Positions 46,935-55,856 of a stretch of 64,000 bases of DNA are shown piece after piece (position 1 is the first letter of the stretch; each line of letters starts with the position of its first letter). A program made the position numbers and the translations under genes. The notes under the pieces are model-generated. The model saw only the letters and a program-made list of their open reading frames with translations, had not been told where the DNA came from and made no database searches. The DNA lies in assembly GCA_963754615.1 (NCBI GenBank), contig CAVWGW010000018.1, forward strand, positions 7,160 through 71,159. The letters run 5' to 3'. The DNA is from an uncultured Chloroflexia bacterium. Its GTDB lineage: Bacteria > Chloroflexota > Anaerolineae > Anaerolineales > UBA4823.

Positions 46935-47744
46935 ATGAAAATAAAAGGGCGACCTGAGTCTGTTTCATTGTTTATTGTGGCATTGATCATCATTATATTT
47001 GTGACTGGGAATCATTCAGCAGCAAGCGCGTCTTTAACTACAAAATTGGATATCCGGTCAGGAGGCCGCTTAGATCAGATACCTTTTCCATTTGATCTGA
47101 CAAGGAATCAGGTTAAATTTCAGAGTGAAAAGGGTGCAAGCGTAGGCGATGAACTTAATTTGTTCATATATCTGCCCATCATCCTTAAACCTCTCCCCTC
47201 CCCTGTGCTGTCCCCGATTAACAACCCAGATGGTGATGCAAACTACTCTGTAAGTTGGAATTCAATCGATCTTGCTACTTCATATGTGCTGGAAGAAGAT
47301 GATAACGGAGCGTTTTCCAGCCCAATGAGTGCTTACAGCGGTGCTTCTACATCCTGGTTGGCATCCGGTCATGCGGTGGGCACGTACTACTACCGGGTCA
47401 AAGCGCGTAACTCCTCGGTAGAAAGTGCCTGGAGTAACATTCAGTCGACCACAGTGGTCCCCCCTCAAAGCAATGCTTACGTAAGCAACGATACCGGCTG
47501 TACCCTTTGTTTTGAAGTCTTCGATACCGGTATTGGGCAAAAATGCTTCTCCTCCGCAGGTGACCATTTCTATGGCTCTTTCCCGGTTGGAAATTACAAG
47601 TGGACTGCATCTGCCTGCTGCGGATCCATGAGTGACACTGAATACTTTGGAAGCACCTGGAGTTATCGTTTCTTTTGTAGATCTTCGGTAACCCCTCAGG
47701 AGGTTCCTCTGCGCTGCAATGCACGCCACTATCAAATGGATTGA
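46935..47744 (+). CDS. Hypothetical secreted or membrane-anchored protein with FN3-like repeat and Cys-rich C-terminus
   Basis: AAGGAG lies upstream of ATG 46935. The N-terminal hydrophobic segment is SLFIVALIIIIFVTG. The middle region NYSVSWNSIDLATSYVLEEDDNGAFSSP...YYYRVKARNSSVESAWSN looks FN3-like, and the last ~90 aa contain 8 Cys. The region is visibly AT-richer than its surroundings. Confidence 0.5.
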   Translation: MKIKGRPESVSLFIVALIIIIFVTGNHSAASASLTTKLDIRSGGRLDQIPFPFDLTRNQVKFQSEKGASVGDELNLFIYLPIILKPLPSPVLSPINNPDGDANYSVSWNSIDLATSYVLEEDDNGAFSSPMSAYSGASTSWLASGHAVGTYYYRVKARNSSVESAWSNIQSTTVVPPQSNAYVSNDTGCTLCFEVFDTGIGQKCFSSAGDHFYGSFPVGNYKWTASACCGSMSDTEYFGSTWSYRFFCRSSVTPQEVPLRCNARHYQMD

Positions 47745-47882
47745 CTCAATCGGATAGCACTCAACTGCCTTGAATTCTATACCATCGCCTCCAACCTAGA
47801 TAGGAAGTGTTTGATCAGCGATTAGGCTTGCACCAGTCAGCCGTTTTGTTCCATTCCTGGCGGGAGGCGGGACTGATCCAAT

Positions 47883-47919
47883 CCGCTGGCGGCCATGAAC
47901 TTTAGCTGACCGCCAGCGG
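47883..47919. other. 10-bp perfect inverted repeat (possible bidirectional terminator)
   Basis: CCGCTGGCGG (47883-47892) and CCGCCAGCGG (47910-47919) are separated by a 17-nt loop, between convergent genes. There is no adjacent T-tract. Confidence 0.4.
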
Positions 47920-47962
47920 CTGCTGGTTCGCTGAGGAGGTGATGAGAGAGCAGGGTTAGATC

Positions 47963-48352
47963 TTAGTGATGGGCGTGTATTTCAGCTTCTTCGGCTTCAG
48001 CTTTCGTTTTGTGGACGGTACCATCAGGGTGGTTAGGAGGAGAATATACGGTATAAAGCTTCAGCGATTTGGTTTTTAAGGCATTGATAACATTGTGATA
48101 AGTGCCTGCCGGCACCACAACCGCTTCGCCGTTTTTAATGATATGCTCCTCAGAATCATTGAATACAAATTTTGCTTTTCCTTGTTCGATGCGGAAAAAC
48201 TGGTCTACATCCGGGTGCATTTCGTTGCCGATTTCTTCCCCCGGCTGCAGGCACATGACAACGAGCTGGCAGTGTTTCCCGGTGAACAAGACCTTACGAA
48301 AATAGTTGTTTGCTAGGGTTTCGTCTTCTATGGGTCCAACATATCCGGTCAT
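47963..48352 (-). CDS. Cupin-domain protein
   Basis: GEEIGNEMHPDVDQFFRIEQGKAKF...VVVPAGTYHNV is a two-motif cupin, with a His-rich tail. I chose the start at MTGYVGPI to avoid overlapping the kinase gene; the ORF track start is 48421. Confidence 0.7.
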   Translation of the reverse strand: MTGYVGPIEDETLANNYFRKVLFTGKHCQLVVMCLQPGEEIGNEMHPDVDQFFRIEQGKAKFVFNDSEEHIIKNGEAVVVPAGTYHNVINALKTKSLKLYTVYSPPNHPDGTVHKTKAEAEEAEIHAHH

Positions 48353-48381
48353 TTGCTCAAATCCTTTCGTTAGTCGAACAT

Positions 48382-50253
48382 TTAGGGTTGCTTGATGATT
48401 GGCAAAGTAATGGTAAAACAAGTGCCCTGACCTGGTTGGCTGCGCACGGCGATTTGACCGTTGAAACGTGTGACGATGTCTTTGACAATGGTCAAACCAA
48501 GGCCGGTGCCTTCGTGTTCCATCTCTTTAGCGTTTGGAGCGCGGTAAAATTCTTCAAATAAGTGTTGCATGGCCTCCTCAGAGATGCCGATGCCGGTGTC
48601 CTCGATCATTACTTGAGCTTCTTCCCCATTCAGAGAGAGCGTAACAGTTGCTTTTCCTCCAGGCAGGGTATATTTGACTGCGTTCGAGATCAGGTTGTTG
48701 AAGAGCCGGTCTAAATCTTCTGGAATGGCTAAGACGAGTACATTTCTCTCGCCAGTATTTTTGTAGTAAGCGAGGTTGAGCTGTTTTTCTTGTGCAGGAA
48801 CTGAGAAGCGGTTGACGACCTTTTGAACCACCTCCTCCAACACAACGGGTTCTAAATTACGCTGGTCGATGGCCTTCATTTTACCAGCTGCCATATCGAG
48901 CAGATCATCGATCAGCTTTTGGAGGTAATCGGCGCGGCGGCTGGCGCGTTCCAGGATATCCTTCTGCTGCGGACTGATCTCACCGGCATACCCGGCGGTG
49001 ATGGTGCGCAGCAGGCTGCGCGTCACGCTGACCGGAGAACGCAGCTCGTGGGTGACCATGCGCACGAAGGTGCTTTTATTGGCATCCAGGTCTTCGATCG
49101 CTTGGTAAGCCAGGGCATTTTCGATGGCGATGCTGCCCTGTGCAGCAATGGCTGCCAGGAAGGTCTCATCATCGGTAGTGAAATGATTCCGCTCTTCGGA
49201 ATAGGCGCGCAAGATACCCAAGGTTGCGTTCTTGCCTGCCAGAGGTGCTGACAGCATGGAGGCAATGCCCTCCTGCACAGCCCAATCGGGGTATTGCAGT
49301 AAGGTGGTCTGCCGAACGTCTGGCACATGGACAATCTTGCCAGCCAGCACTTCGCGTGCCAGGGGGTTGCTTTCTAGGTCGATGGGTCCTTTTTCCAGAT
49401 AAGCCTGGCTCAGGCCATAGGTGGCAACTGGATCGAGCCTCCGGCGCTCTTTATCTAGAAGCCGGATTGAACAAGCGCGCACATCCATGACTTGAGCAGC
49501 ACTCTTCACCAGGCTGTTGAGCACCTGGGAGAGCTCCAGGGTGGAGTTGACGGTGAGGGCACCTTCATTTAGCGCTTGCAAGCGCGCGGTGGCACGCTGC
49601 AGGTTCTCAGTCAACCGCACCACTTCCCGCTCGCGGTGACGGAGGCGCTCTGAGATCGTGATGACCAGGTAAGCAACAATCAACGCGGTGCTGTTGAAGA
49701 AAAACAGGATGGCAGCTACGTAAAATGGGTTATCGAACAATGGTACAGGCAGATACCCAACGATGACTTCGTGAGGCAGGATTTTAAAGAATTCCAATAA
49801 GGCAATGCTCGATAGGAGAACGACAGCCAAAACAGAGAAAGAAAAGGCGACGCGTGGGGAATAGAGCGTGGAGACGATGACGATATGAAAGATAAAAAAG
49901 AAAATGGCTGGGCTCTCGATGCCTCCAGAAAAATGGATCAGTAGAGTCATCGCCAGCCAGTCTAAGGTGACCTGCCAAAGGCCTGGTTTGAGGTAAGCTT
50001 CGGGAGGAGACTGGTTTTTCTTTAATTGACGTTCAATGAGGAAGAATAACAGGTTGTATGAAAGGATCGTTGCGCCGATAATGAAAAGCGGTTGGACCGG
50101 GACCTGTAATCCCAAGAGAGGGCCGATTAATAGGGTGATCAGAAGAACGCCTGCGCCAGCCAACCAGCGCAGGCGAATCAGCCAGCCGAAGCTTTCGATC
50201 CATTCGGCTTCGACCAGAGACTTTGTCCTTTGTTCAGATGGTTCGCGGCTCAC
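48382..50253 (-). CDS. Sensor histidine kinase (multi-TM N-terminus, GAF, HisKA, HATPase_c)
   Basis: About 6 TM helices and a GAF-like region. The H-box is VTHELRSPVS, the N-box NLISNAVKYT, and the G-boxes DTGIGI and GTGLGL. Confidence 0.9.
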   Translation of the reverse strand: MSREPSEQRTKSLVEAEWIESFGWLIRLRWLAGAGVLLITLLIGPLLGLQVPVQPLFIIGATILSYNLLFFLIERQLKKNQSPPEAYLKPGLWQVTLDWLAMTLLIHFSGGIESPAIFFFIFHIVIVSTLYSPRVAFSFSVLAVVLLSSIALLEFFKILPHEVIVGYLPVPLFDNPFYVAAILFFFNSTALIVAYLVITISERLRHREREVVRLTENLQRATARLQALNEGALTVNSTLELSQVLNSLVKSAAQVMDVRACSIRLLDKERRRLDPVATYGLSQAYLEKGPIDLESNPLAREVLAGKIVHVPDVRQTTLLQYPDWAVQEGIASMLSAPLAGKNATLGILRAYSEERNHFTTDDETFLAAIAAQGSIAIENALAYQAIEDLDANKSTFVRMVTHELRSPVSVTRSLLRTITAGYAGEISPQQKDILERASRRADYLQKLIDDLLDMAAGKMKAIDQRNLEPVVLEEVVQKVVNRFSVPAQEKQLNLAYYKNTGERNVLVLAIPEDLDRLFNNLISNAVKYTLPGGKATVTLSLNGEEAQVMIEDTGIGISEEAMQHLFEEFYRAPNAKEMEHEGTGLGLTIVKDIVTRFNGQIAVRSQPGQGTCFTITLPIIKQP

Positions 50254-50370
50254 GGAATCCTTCTGCAGGAAACTAGTTCACACATGATCACGGATAATGT
50301 TCTGTAAGGTTTCTTGATTGGCCTTTTTTATCGAACAGATCCATGCCAGAATGTCACGGACCAGGTTTGA

Positions 50371-50772
50371 TTATGCGGTGAGATGCTTGAGAACGGTTGC
50401 GAGCAGGACCTCTGGCTCGACAGGTTTCTCCAAGAATTCGTCAACGGGCAGGTAATCTTCCTCAGGACGAAAACGCATGGGGGTCGTGCTGTGTATGGCT
50501 GTCAGCATGATGATGGGCGTTTTGCAGAAATCTTTATAGGGAGACTTAGTCTCGTTGCTGCGAAGGGTCAGCGCGAACTGGAAGCCGGCTGTCATGGTAT
50601 CCATCATCACATCCAGGATGACTAAATCGGGCTTGAACTTTGTGACCGCTTGTAAGCCGTCATCCAGGCTTGTGGCTTCGGAGATGGCATAGCCAGCATT
50701 TTCCAAGGGCAGCCGGAGCGTCAAGCGTTGATCTGGATCATCATCGACAAGGAGTATTCGTTTTTGGTTCAT
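50371..50772 (-). CDS. Single-domain response regulator (receiver only)
   Basis: ILLVDDDPD, the phospho-acceptor context DLVILDVMMD and IIMLTA are present. There is no output domain. Confidence 0.9.
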   Translation of the reverse strand: MNQKRILLVDDDPDQRLTLRLPLENAGYAISEATSLDDGLQAVTKFKPDLVILDVMMDTMTAGFQFALTLRSNETKSPYKDFCKTPIIMLTAIHSTTPMRFRPEEDYLPVDEFLEKPVEPEVLLATVLKHLTA

Positions 50773-50827
50773 AGTTGGGTCCTTCCTGAGGAGCGATTTT
50801 CGTTATGAATTGAGTACAGAGATAAGT

Positions 50828-51601
50828 CTAATCCAGTTTCATATTTACTGCCATCTCGATCTCCTGAGCAATCTTGTTGGCAGTATCAATAACCTGGGGA
50901 CCGATTTCAATCATTCTCTCCCGAGAAAGCCGGTATGCGGGTCCAGCAACAGAGACCGATGCAACGGGCAGATTGCTGCGGTCGAAGATAGGTGCAGCGA
51001 TCGCGTTAATCCCATCTTCAAATTCTTGTTCTGAGATAGCATAACCTCGCCCTCGAGTTTGACGAATATCCGCAAAAAAATCTTCTGGTGATGAGATGGT
51101 ATGCGGTGTGTATCTGGGCATACTGTGTTCTATAATCCGTGTCACACTTTCTTCTGGCATAAAAGCCAGGATAGCTTTACCCGAAGCCGTACAAAAAGCC
51201 GGCAGTCGCTGTCCAGAGGAAGCTGCCAATTTGACGCGTTGGGGACTCTCAACTACCTCCAGGTAAATGACATCGTTACTGTCCAAAATAGCGAGGTTAG
51301 CATTCTCGCGCTGCAGCTCGCATAATTGGCGCAAATAGGGACCCGCCAAACGACGTAAATCATTTTGCTCCAGCGCAAGGTAAGCCAGTTGGAGAAGGCG
51401 AATGCCAGGCTGGTAGATACCTGTGAGCGGGTCTCGTTCAACAAAACGCTTTTTTTCTAGAGTAGCTAACAAGCGATGAATTGTGCTCTTGTTAATTCCA
51501 ACTTGCTCTGCAATTTGAGTCATGGTCAACTCAGGTGTTTGCTGCGTGAAACAAAGCAGAACATCCAGAGCACGTTCAACGGCGCGAATTGATTCACTCA
51601 T
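50828..51601 (-). CDS. IclR-family transcriptional regulator
   Basis: The N-terminal wHTH is RALDVLLCF...LTMTQIAEQVGINKSTIHRLLATL, followed by a C-terminal IclR effector domain. Confidence 0.9.
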   Translation of the reverse strand: MSESIRAVERALDVLLCFTQQTPELTMTQIAEQVGINKSTIHRLLATLEKKRFVERDPLTGIYQPGIRLLQLAYLALEQNDLRRLAGPYLRQLCELQRENANLAILDSNDVIYLEVVESPQRVKLAASSGQRLPAFCTASGKAILAFMPEESVTRIIEHSMPRYTPHTISSPEDFFADIRQTRGRGYAISEQEFEDGINAIAAPIFDRSNLPVASVSVAGPAYRLSRERMIEIGPQVIDTANKIAQEIEMAVNMKLD

Positions 51602-51685
51602 TTATATACCCGCTTTCAATACTCGAATGGGGCTATTTTAACCCATACTGAAATTGTAAACGAAAAAAGATGAGATGTAAACTTA

Positions 51686-51714
51686 TTGACAATTGTATTA
51701 GTTTATGTCATACT
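51686..51714 (+). promoter_or_regulatory. Sigma-70-like promoter candidate for the nitroreductase/CoA-transferase operon
   Basis: TTGACA (51686-51691), a 17-nt spacer and CATACT (51709-51714). CGTTTCAT at 51740-51747 lies just downstream. Confidence 0.45.
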
Positions 51715-51783
51715 AGGGGTGTATCACCACATAAAACATCGTTTCATTTTATCATAAAGCTTTTCCAACCAGGAGGATAGAGG

Positions 51784-52458
51784 ATGTCAGAAACCTACAG
51801 TCTGGTCGATGCGACAATGAAAGTCATCCAAGATCGCCGCAGTATTCGGGAGTTTACGGACGAACCGGTATCGGACCAGGATCTCGATATGATTCTGGAA
51901 GCTGCCCGGCAGGCCCCTTCAGGTGAGAATGCACAACCATGGCGTTTTATCATCGTAAAAGATGAAGTCATGCGTAAGAAAATAGGTGCCATAGCTGGCG
52001 GTGGAAGCGGACGCCGATTCACAAGTGAGTTTGTTACCAAGAAAATGCAGGAACGCTTTGCAAACTTACAAGATGAAGCCAAAAGACAAGCTGCATTCGC
52101 CAAGCTGACCTCAGGCCAGGTTTCTGCATTTATGGCAGATGCTCCTGTCAATCTTGTGGTGTGTGGCAAAAAAGATGTTTGGGATATGCCCTACGATACC
52201 TCTGCAGCCATTGAGAATATGTTGTTGATGATAACCGCATTGGGACTCGGGGCATGCTGGGTGATCGCGCCTTGCATTGATATCCGAGATGAAGAACGCA
52301 TCAAGACCTTATTAGCAATTCCGGAAGGGTTTAAAGCGGTAAGCATTCTTTCAGTCGGGCATTCTACCAGACCACACCGGCAGCGTCCTCGTCTTCCAAT
52401 CAACGAGCTAGTTTTTAATGAGAAATGGGGAGACCCTTATTATAAGGAGACAATATGA
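51784..52458 (+). CDS. Nitroreductase-family flavoprotein
   Basis: RRSIREFTDEPV and APSGENAQPWRFIIV are present. AGGAGG lies upstream. Confidence 0.85.
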   Translation: MSETYSLVDATMKVIQDRRSIREFTDEPVSDQDLDMILEAARQAPSGENAQPWRFIIVKDEVMRKKIGAIAGGGSGRRFTSEFVTKKMQERFANLQDEAKRQAAFAKLTSGQVSAFMADAPVNLVVCGKKDVWDMPYDTSAAIENMLLMITALGLGACWVIAPCIDIRDEERIKTLLAIPEGFKAVSILSVGHSTRPHRQRPRLPINELVFNEKWGDPYYKETI

Positions 52459-52919
52459 GCGATAAGAATATTCCCCTGGATTATGCCAATAGCCTCATGT
52501 ACGAGTTGGAGAAAGCTTTTTGGGATGAGAGAGGCAAGGGCGCACGCTTTCGCATGACCAACGTTGGTCAACAATTTTATAATGACAATATCCTCCCTTT
52601 ACTCAAATCCTCTGAGATTGATCACATCCTGCAGACCATCCGGAGTGTGCTTCAGAGCAATAAGATTGTCGGCAATGTTTCGTACAATCAGGAAGATCGA
52701 TTGCTCCGAGTTCGAGTAGAGGGGTGCATTCACAGATCCGTTGAAGACAAAATGACTTCACTGGCTATAGAACCCTTCACCTGCGTGCCAGCCAACTTGA
52801 TCGTATTGGCTATTGAGCAGAAATTAAATGTCCCCGTTGAACTGGCTGAAATCAAAGTCGAAGAAGGTGCTTGCCAACTCCTCCTCGTGATGTTTGAGAA
52901 GCAGCCCGTGCTTGACTAG
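52455..52919 (+). CDS. Hypothetical protein (possibly V4R-like small-molecule-binding domain)
   Basis: 154 aa, ATGA-coupled to the nitroreductase gene. Cys spacing (VEGCIH...FTCVP...EEGACQLLL) and size are reminiscent of V4R domains. This is a weak, pattern-only call. Confidence 0.4.
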   Translation: MSDKNIPLDYANSLMYELEKAFWDERGKGARFRMTNVGQQFYNDNILPLLKSSEIDHILQTIRSVLQSNKIVGNVSYNQEDRLLRVRVEGCIHRSVEDKMTSLAIEPFTCVPANLIVLAIEQKLNVPVELAEIKVEEGACQLLLVMFEKQPVLD

Positions 52920-52928
52920 GAGGCATGC

Positions 52929-53822
52929 ATGTCAAAGCTAACAACCCTGACTGAAGCTGTGGCATCTATTCCTTCTGGTGCGCATATTGCCTTATCTGGA
53001 TTTGCGATCACACGGTGCACCATGGCTTTTGCACATGAGATCATCCGGCAAGGAATAAGAGACCTGACTGTCTCGCAATGCGTTGGCGCCATGGATGCTG
53101 ACATGCTGGTTGGAGCCGGCGCAGTCAAGCGCATTATTTATGGTGGGGGCTCCCTGGACCGCTTTGGGCGTCTGGCTTGTGTAAACAGGGGTATTGAACA
53201 GGGTACTCTGATTGCTGAAGAATATAGCAGCTTGTCGGTTACTTTTCGTTACCTGGCAGGTTCGTTGGGACTGCCCTTCATGCCCATCCGTTCGCTGCGA
53301 GGTTCTGACCTAATCGCACGGATCGAACAAAGTGGCGATGTTGCCAACCTCACTGACCCCTTCACAGGCGAAAATTGGCTGGTTTTGAAGCCACTCATCC
53401 CAGATGTGACGGTTGTGCAAGTGCAAAATGCAGATGAAGAAGGGAATGCCTGGATCTTGGGGCCCAGGTGGGATAATACCGAGCAGGTCAAAGCCAGCCA
53501 GCGGACGATCGTAATTGCTGAACATATTGTTCCCACGGATTTTATCCGCCAGAACCCAGAGCGTACCGTTATTCCAGGTTTGATGGTTTCACATGTTGTC
53601 GAGCTGCCCTTCGGAGCGCACCCGACTTCGGTTTATCGTGAGTATGATTATGACTCTGAGCAAATCGAGCACTACGTAAAGGCAACGCGCACCCCCAAGT
53701 CTTTCAAGGCTTTTCTTGATGAGTATGTATACAGTGTCAAAGACCACTGGGAATATCTTGACAAGGTCGGCGGGATGCATCATCTAACGAGCCTGAGGGC
53801 GGATCCCATTTTGGGGTATTAA
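52929..53822 (+). CDS. CoA-transferase subunit A (glutaconate / 3-oxoacid CoA-transferase family)
   Basis: LTEAVASIPSGAHIALSGF... and the overall pattern and length fit an alpha subunit. A beta-subunit gene follows. Confidence 0.75.
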   Translation: MSKLTTLTEAVASIPSGAHIALSGFAITRCTMAFAHEIIRQGIRDLTVSQCVGAMDADMLVGAGAVKRIIYGGGSLDRFGRLACVNRGIEQGTLIAEEYSSLSVTFRYLAGSLGLPFMPIRSLRGSDLIARIEQSGDVANLTDPFTGENWLVLKPLIPDVTVVQVQNADEEGNAWILGPRWDNTEQVKASQRTIVIAEHIVPTDFIRQNPERTVIPGLMVSHVVELPFGAHPTSVYREYDYDSEQIEHYVKATRTPKSFKAFLDEYVYSVKDHWEYLDKVGGMHHLTSLRADPILGY

Positions 53823-53835
53823 GGAGAGACAAGCC

Positions 53836-54599
53836 ATGGGTTTTGAATATACCTCCTCCGAGTTGATGGCTGTCGCAGGCGCCCGAGAGCTGGTCGATCG
53901 CCAGGTCGTGGCGGTTGGCTTGGGTTTGCCTGTTGTAGCCTCCTTCTTAGCCAAACTGACGCATGCCCCAAGCATGACGATGCTCTTTGAATTAGGGGTC
54001 ATTGACCCACAGCCGGTGGATGCTGGCGTCGGTCTGGCTGACCCACGAGTTTGGTACCGAGCCAAAGTGCTGAGCAGCTTTGTGGATATCCTGGGTGCAA
54101 TCCTGCATAAAGGTCTGGTAGATGTGGGGTTCCTGGGCGGTCTTGAAACGGACCAATTTGGGAATCTGAATACGACCCTGGTTGGCGACCCGCGGGGCGA
54201 ATTCCGCCATATGGTGGGCAGTGGAGGCGCCAATGATATTGCTTCGTGCGCAAAGAGAACTATCATCATTATGCGCCATGAGGAACGCAAACTCAAGAAA
54301 GCTATTTCCTTCGTTACCAGCCCTGGGTACATCTCGGGAGGTGAGAGTCGAGTTCAAGCCGGGTTAAAGGCGGCCCGAGCCGGGTGATTACAGACAAGGC
54401 AATCTTCGGATTCCATCCTGAAACGAAGCAAATGATGCTTATGTCTATTCACCCCGGTACTACCTTGGATGATGTGCTCGGAACGATGGGCTTTTCCCCA
54501 GTTGTCCCTGAGCACGTTCCTTTAACGGAACCCCCCACCCAAGAACAGGTGCGTTTAATCCGTGAGGTGATTGATCCACACCGGATGTATATGGGATAA
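53836..54599 (+). pseudogene. CoA-transferase subunit B, split by a -1 frame change near 54369
   Basis: Frame +1 runs 53836-54387 (...SRVQAGLKAARAG-stop). Frame +3 reads GGPSRVITDKAIFGFHPETKQMMLMSIHPG... to 54599. The junction lies in the run AAGGCGGCCC, where one extra G would restore GLKGGGPSRVITDKA. Confidence 0.7.
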
Positions 54600-54640
54600 A
54601 TTCATAAATTATTGGTATGAGTCGATTTTAGAGGTGAACA

Positions 54641-54865
54641 ATGCCATACGTCATTACCAGCGAATGTATCCTATGTGGAGCTTGCGTGGTTGGCTGCGAA
54701 AGCAATGCGATCACGGAAGGCGATACCCAATCGAATATTGACATCGATGTCTGCGTTGAGTGCGGTACCTGTAAGCGCAACTGTCCTTCTGATGCAATTA
54801 TTTTCATGGATGAGGCCGAGTATGAAGCCTGGCTCTCTTCATTAAGTGGTAGCCGTTCGCCTTAG
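54641..54865 (+). CDS. 2x[4Fe-4S] ferredoxin
   Basis: CILCGACVVGC and CVECGTCKRNCP motifs are present. Confidence 0.85.
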   Translation: MPYVITSECILCGACVVGCESNAITEGDTQSNIDIDVCVECGTCKRNCPSDAIIFMDEAEYEAWLSSLSGSRSP

Positions 54866-55056
54866 TTAATTGGTTCTGTCTCAATAGTTACATCAGCGAT
54901 GGCCTGCCTATAAGGCGGGATTTTTATAGTCTAGGTGAGATTACTTCCTTCTAAGTTAAAAATCTGTAATGGTTTCATGACCCGGTTGGTACTTAAAACC
55001 TCATAGTATAATGCTCTCAACATGGAAACGAAATATTTTTGGGAAATGAATAAGCT

Positions 55057-55827
55057 ATGAAGGATCCGAACGATTACAATGTACGCGCAGTTGAAAGAGC
55101 TCTTCAAATCTTGGGCTGCTTTGACGATGAACACCCTGAAAGAGGTATTTCTGAAATTGCCCAGGTCGTGGATTTACATAAAGCCACAGCTCACCGGATC
55201 GTGACGACGCTGGTTAATTACGGTTTCCTCGAGCGAGCTTCTGATGGGTTAAAGTACCGTTTGGGCTTGGAGTTGACGAACCTGGGATTTAAGGTAATCC
55301 GTCGTATGGATCTTCGCAGGGAGGCTCGTCCGTTCTTGGATCAACTGGTTCAGAAATGGGATGAAACCTGCGATCTCAGTATTTTCGACAAAGGTGAGGT
55401 TTTTTACATCGAGGTGCTCCGGGGCAACCGGGCGCTTACCATTGCCGCTGCAATTGGACAGCGCCTGCCTGCGCATTGCACTGCCGGCGGAAAATTATTT
55501 CTAGCCCACCTCCGTTCGACCGAATTGGATGCCATCCTTTCTAGACCATTCGCTTCTTATACTTCGAAGACAATCACCTCTCCCGATGAGCTCCGCAAGC
55601 AGTTGGTCGTCATTCGGCAGCAGGGGTATGCCATTGACGATGGAGAAATGGAAGAGGGAGTTTTCGCTGTGGCTGCTCCCATTTACAACCGGCAGGGAAC
55701 CATGGTCGCAGCAGTAAGCGTCCCCAGTCCCACCAGCCGGATGACCCCGGAGCGCATTCCCGATATTGTGCAAGCGCTTAGGGAAGCTGCCAAAGGAATA
55801 TCGCTCCGCATGGGCTGGAGGGGATAA
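55057..55827 (+). CDS. IclR-family transcriptional regulator
   Basis: RALQILGCF...ISEIAQVVDLHKATAHRIVTTL wHTH plus an IclR effector domain. It is a paralogue of 50828-51601. Confidence 0.9.
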   Translation: MKDPNDYNVRAVERALQILGCFDDEHPERGISEIAQVVDLHKATAHRIVTTLVNYGFLERASDGLKYRLGLELTNLGFKVIRRMDLRREARPFLDQLVQKWDETCDLSIFDKGEVFYIEVLRGNRALTIAAAIGQRLPAHCTAGGKLFLAHLRSTELDAILSRPFASYTSKTITSPDELRKQLVVIRQQGYAIDDGEMEEGVFAVAAPIYNRQGTMVAAVSVPSPTSRMTPERIPDIVQALREAAKGISLRMGWRG

Positions 55828-55856
55828 ACTCCCAGGTGTGTTTTTAAACCAAATCC

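Noticed and set aside
46597-46968. 123-aa minus-strand ORF in the AT-rich spacer next to tRNA-Gln
   Set aside because: It has no RBS and an implausible composition with many Arg, His, Tyr, Cys and Trp residues. It overlaps the start and RBS of the better-supported plus-strand gene at 46935.
46430-47962. tRNA-associated genomic island or prophage remnant
   Set aside because: No integrase, recombinase or phage genes are present, and I could not see a direct repeat of the tRNA 3' end. The AT-rich DNA lies at the tRNA 5' side. It is kept only as a low-interest compositional anomaly.
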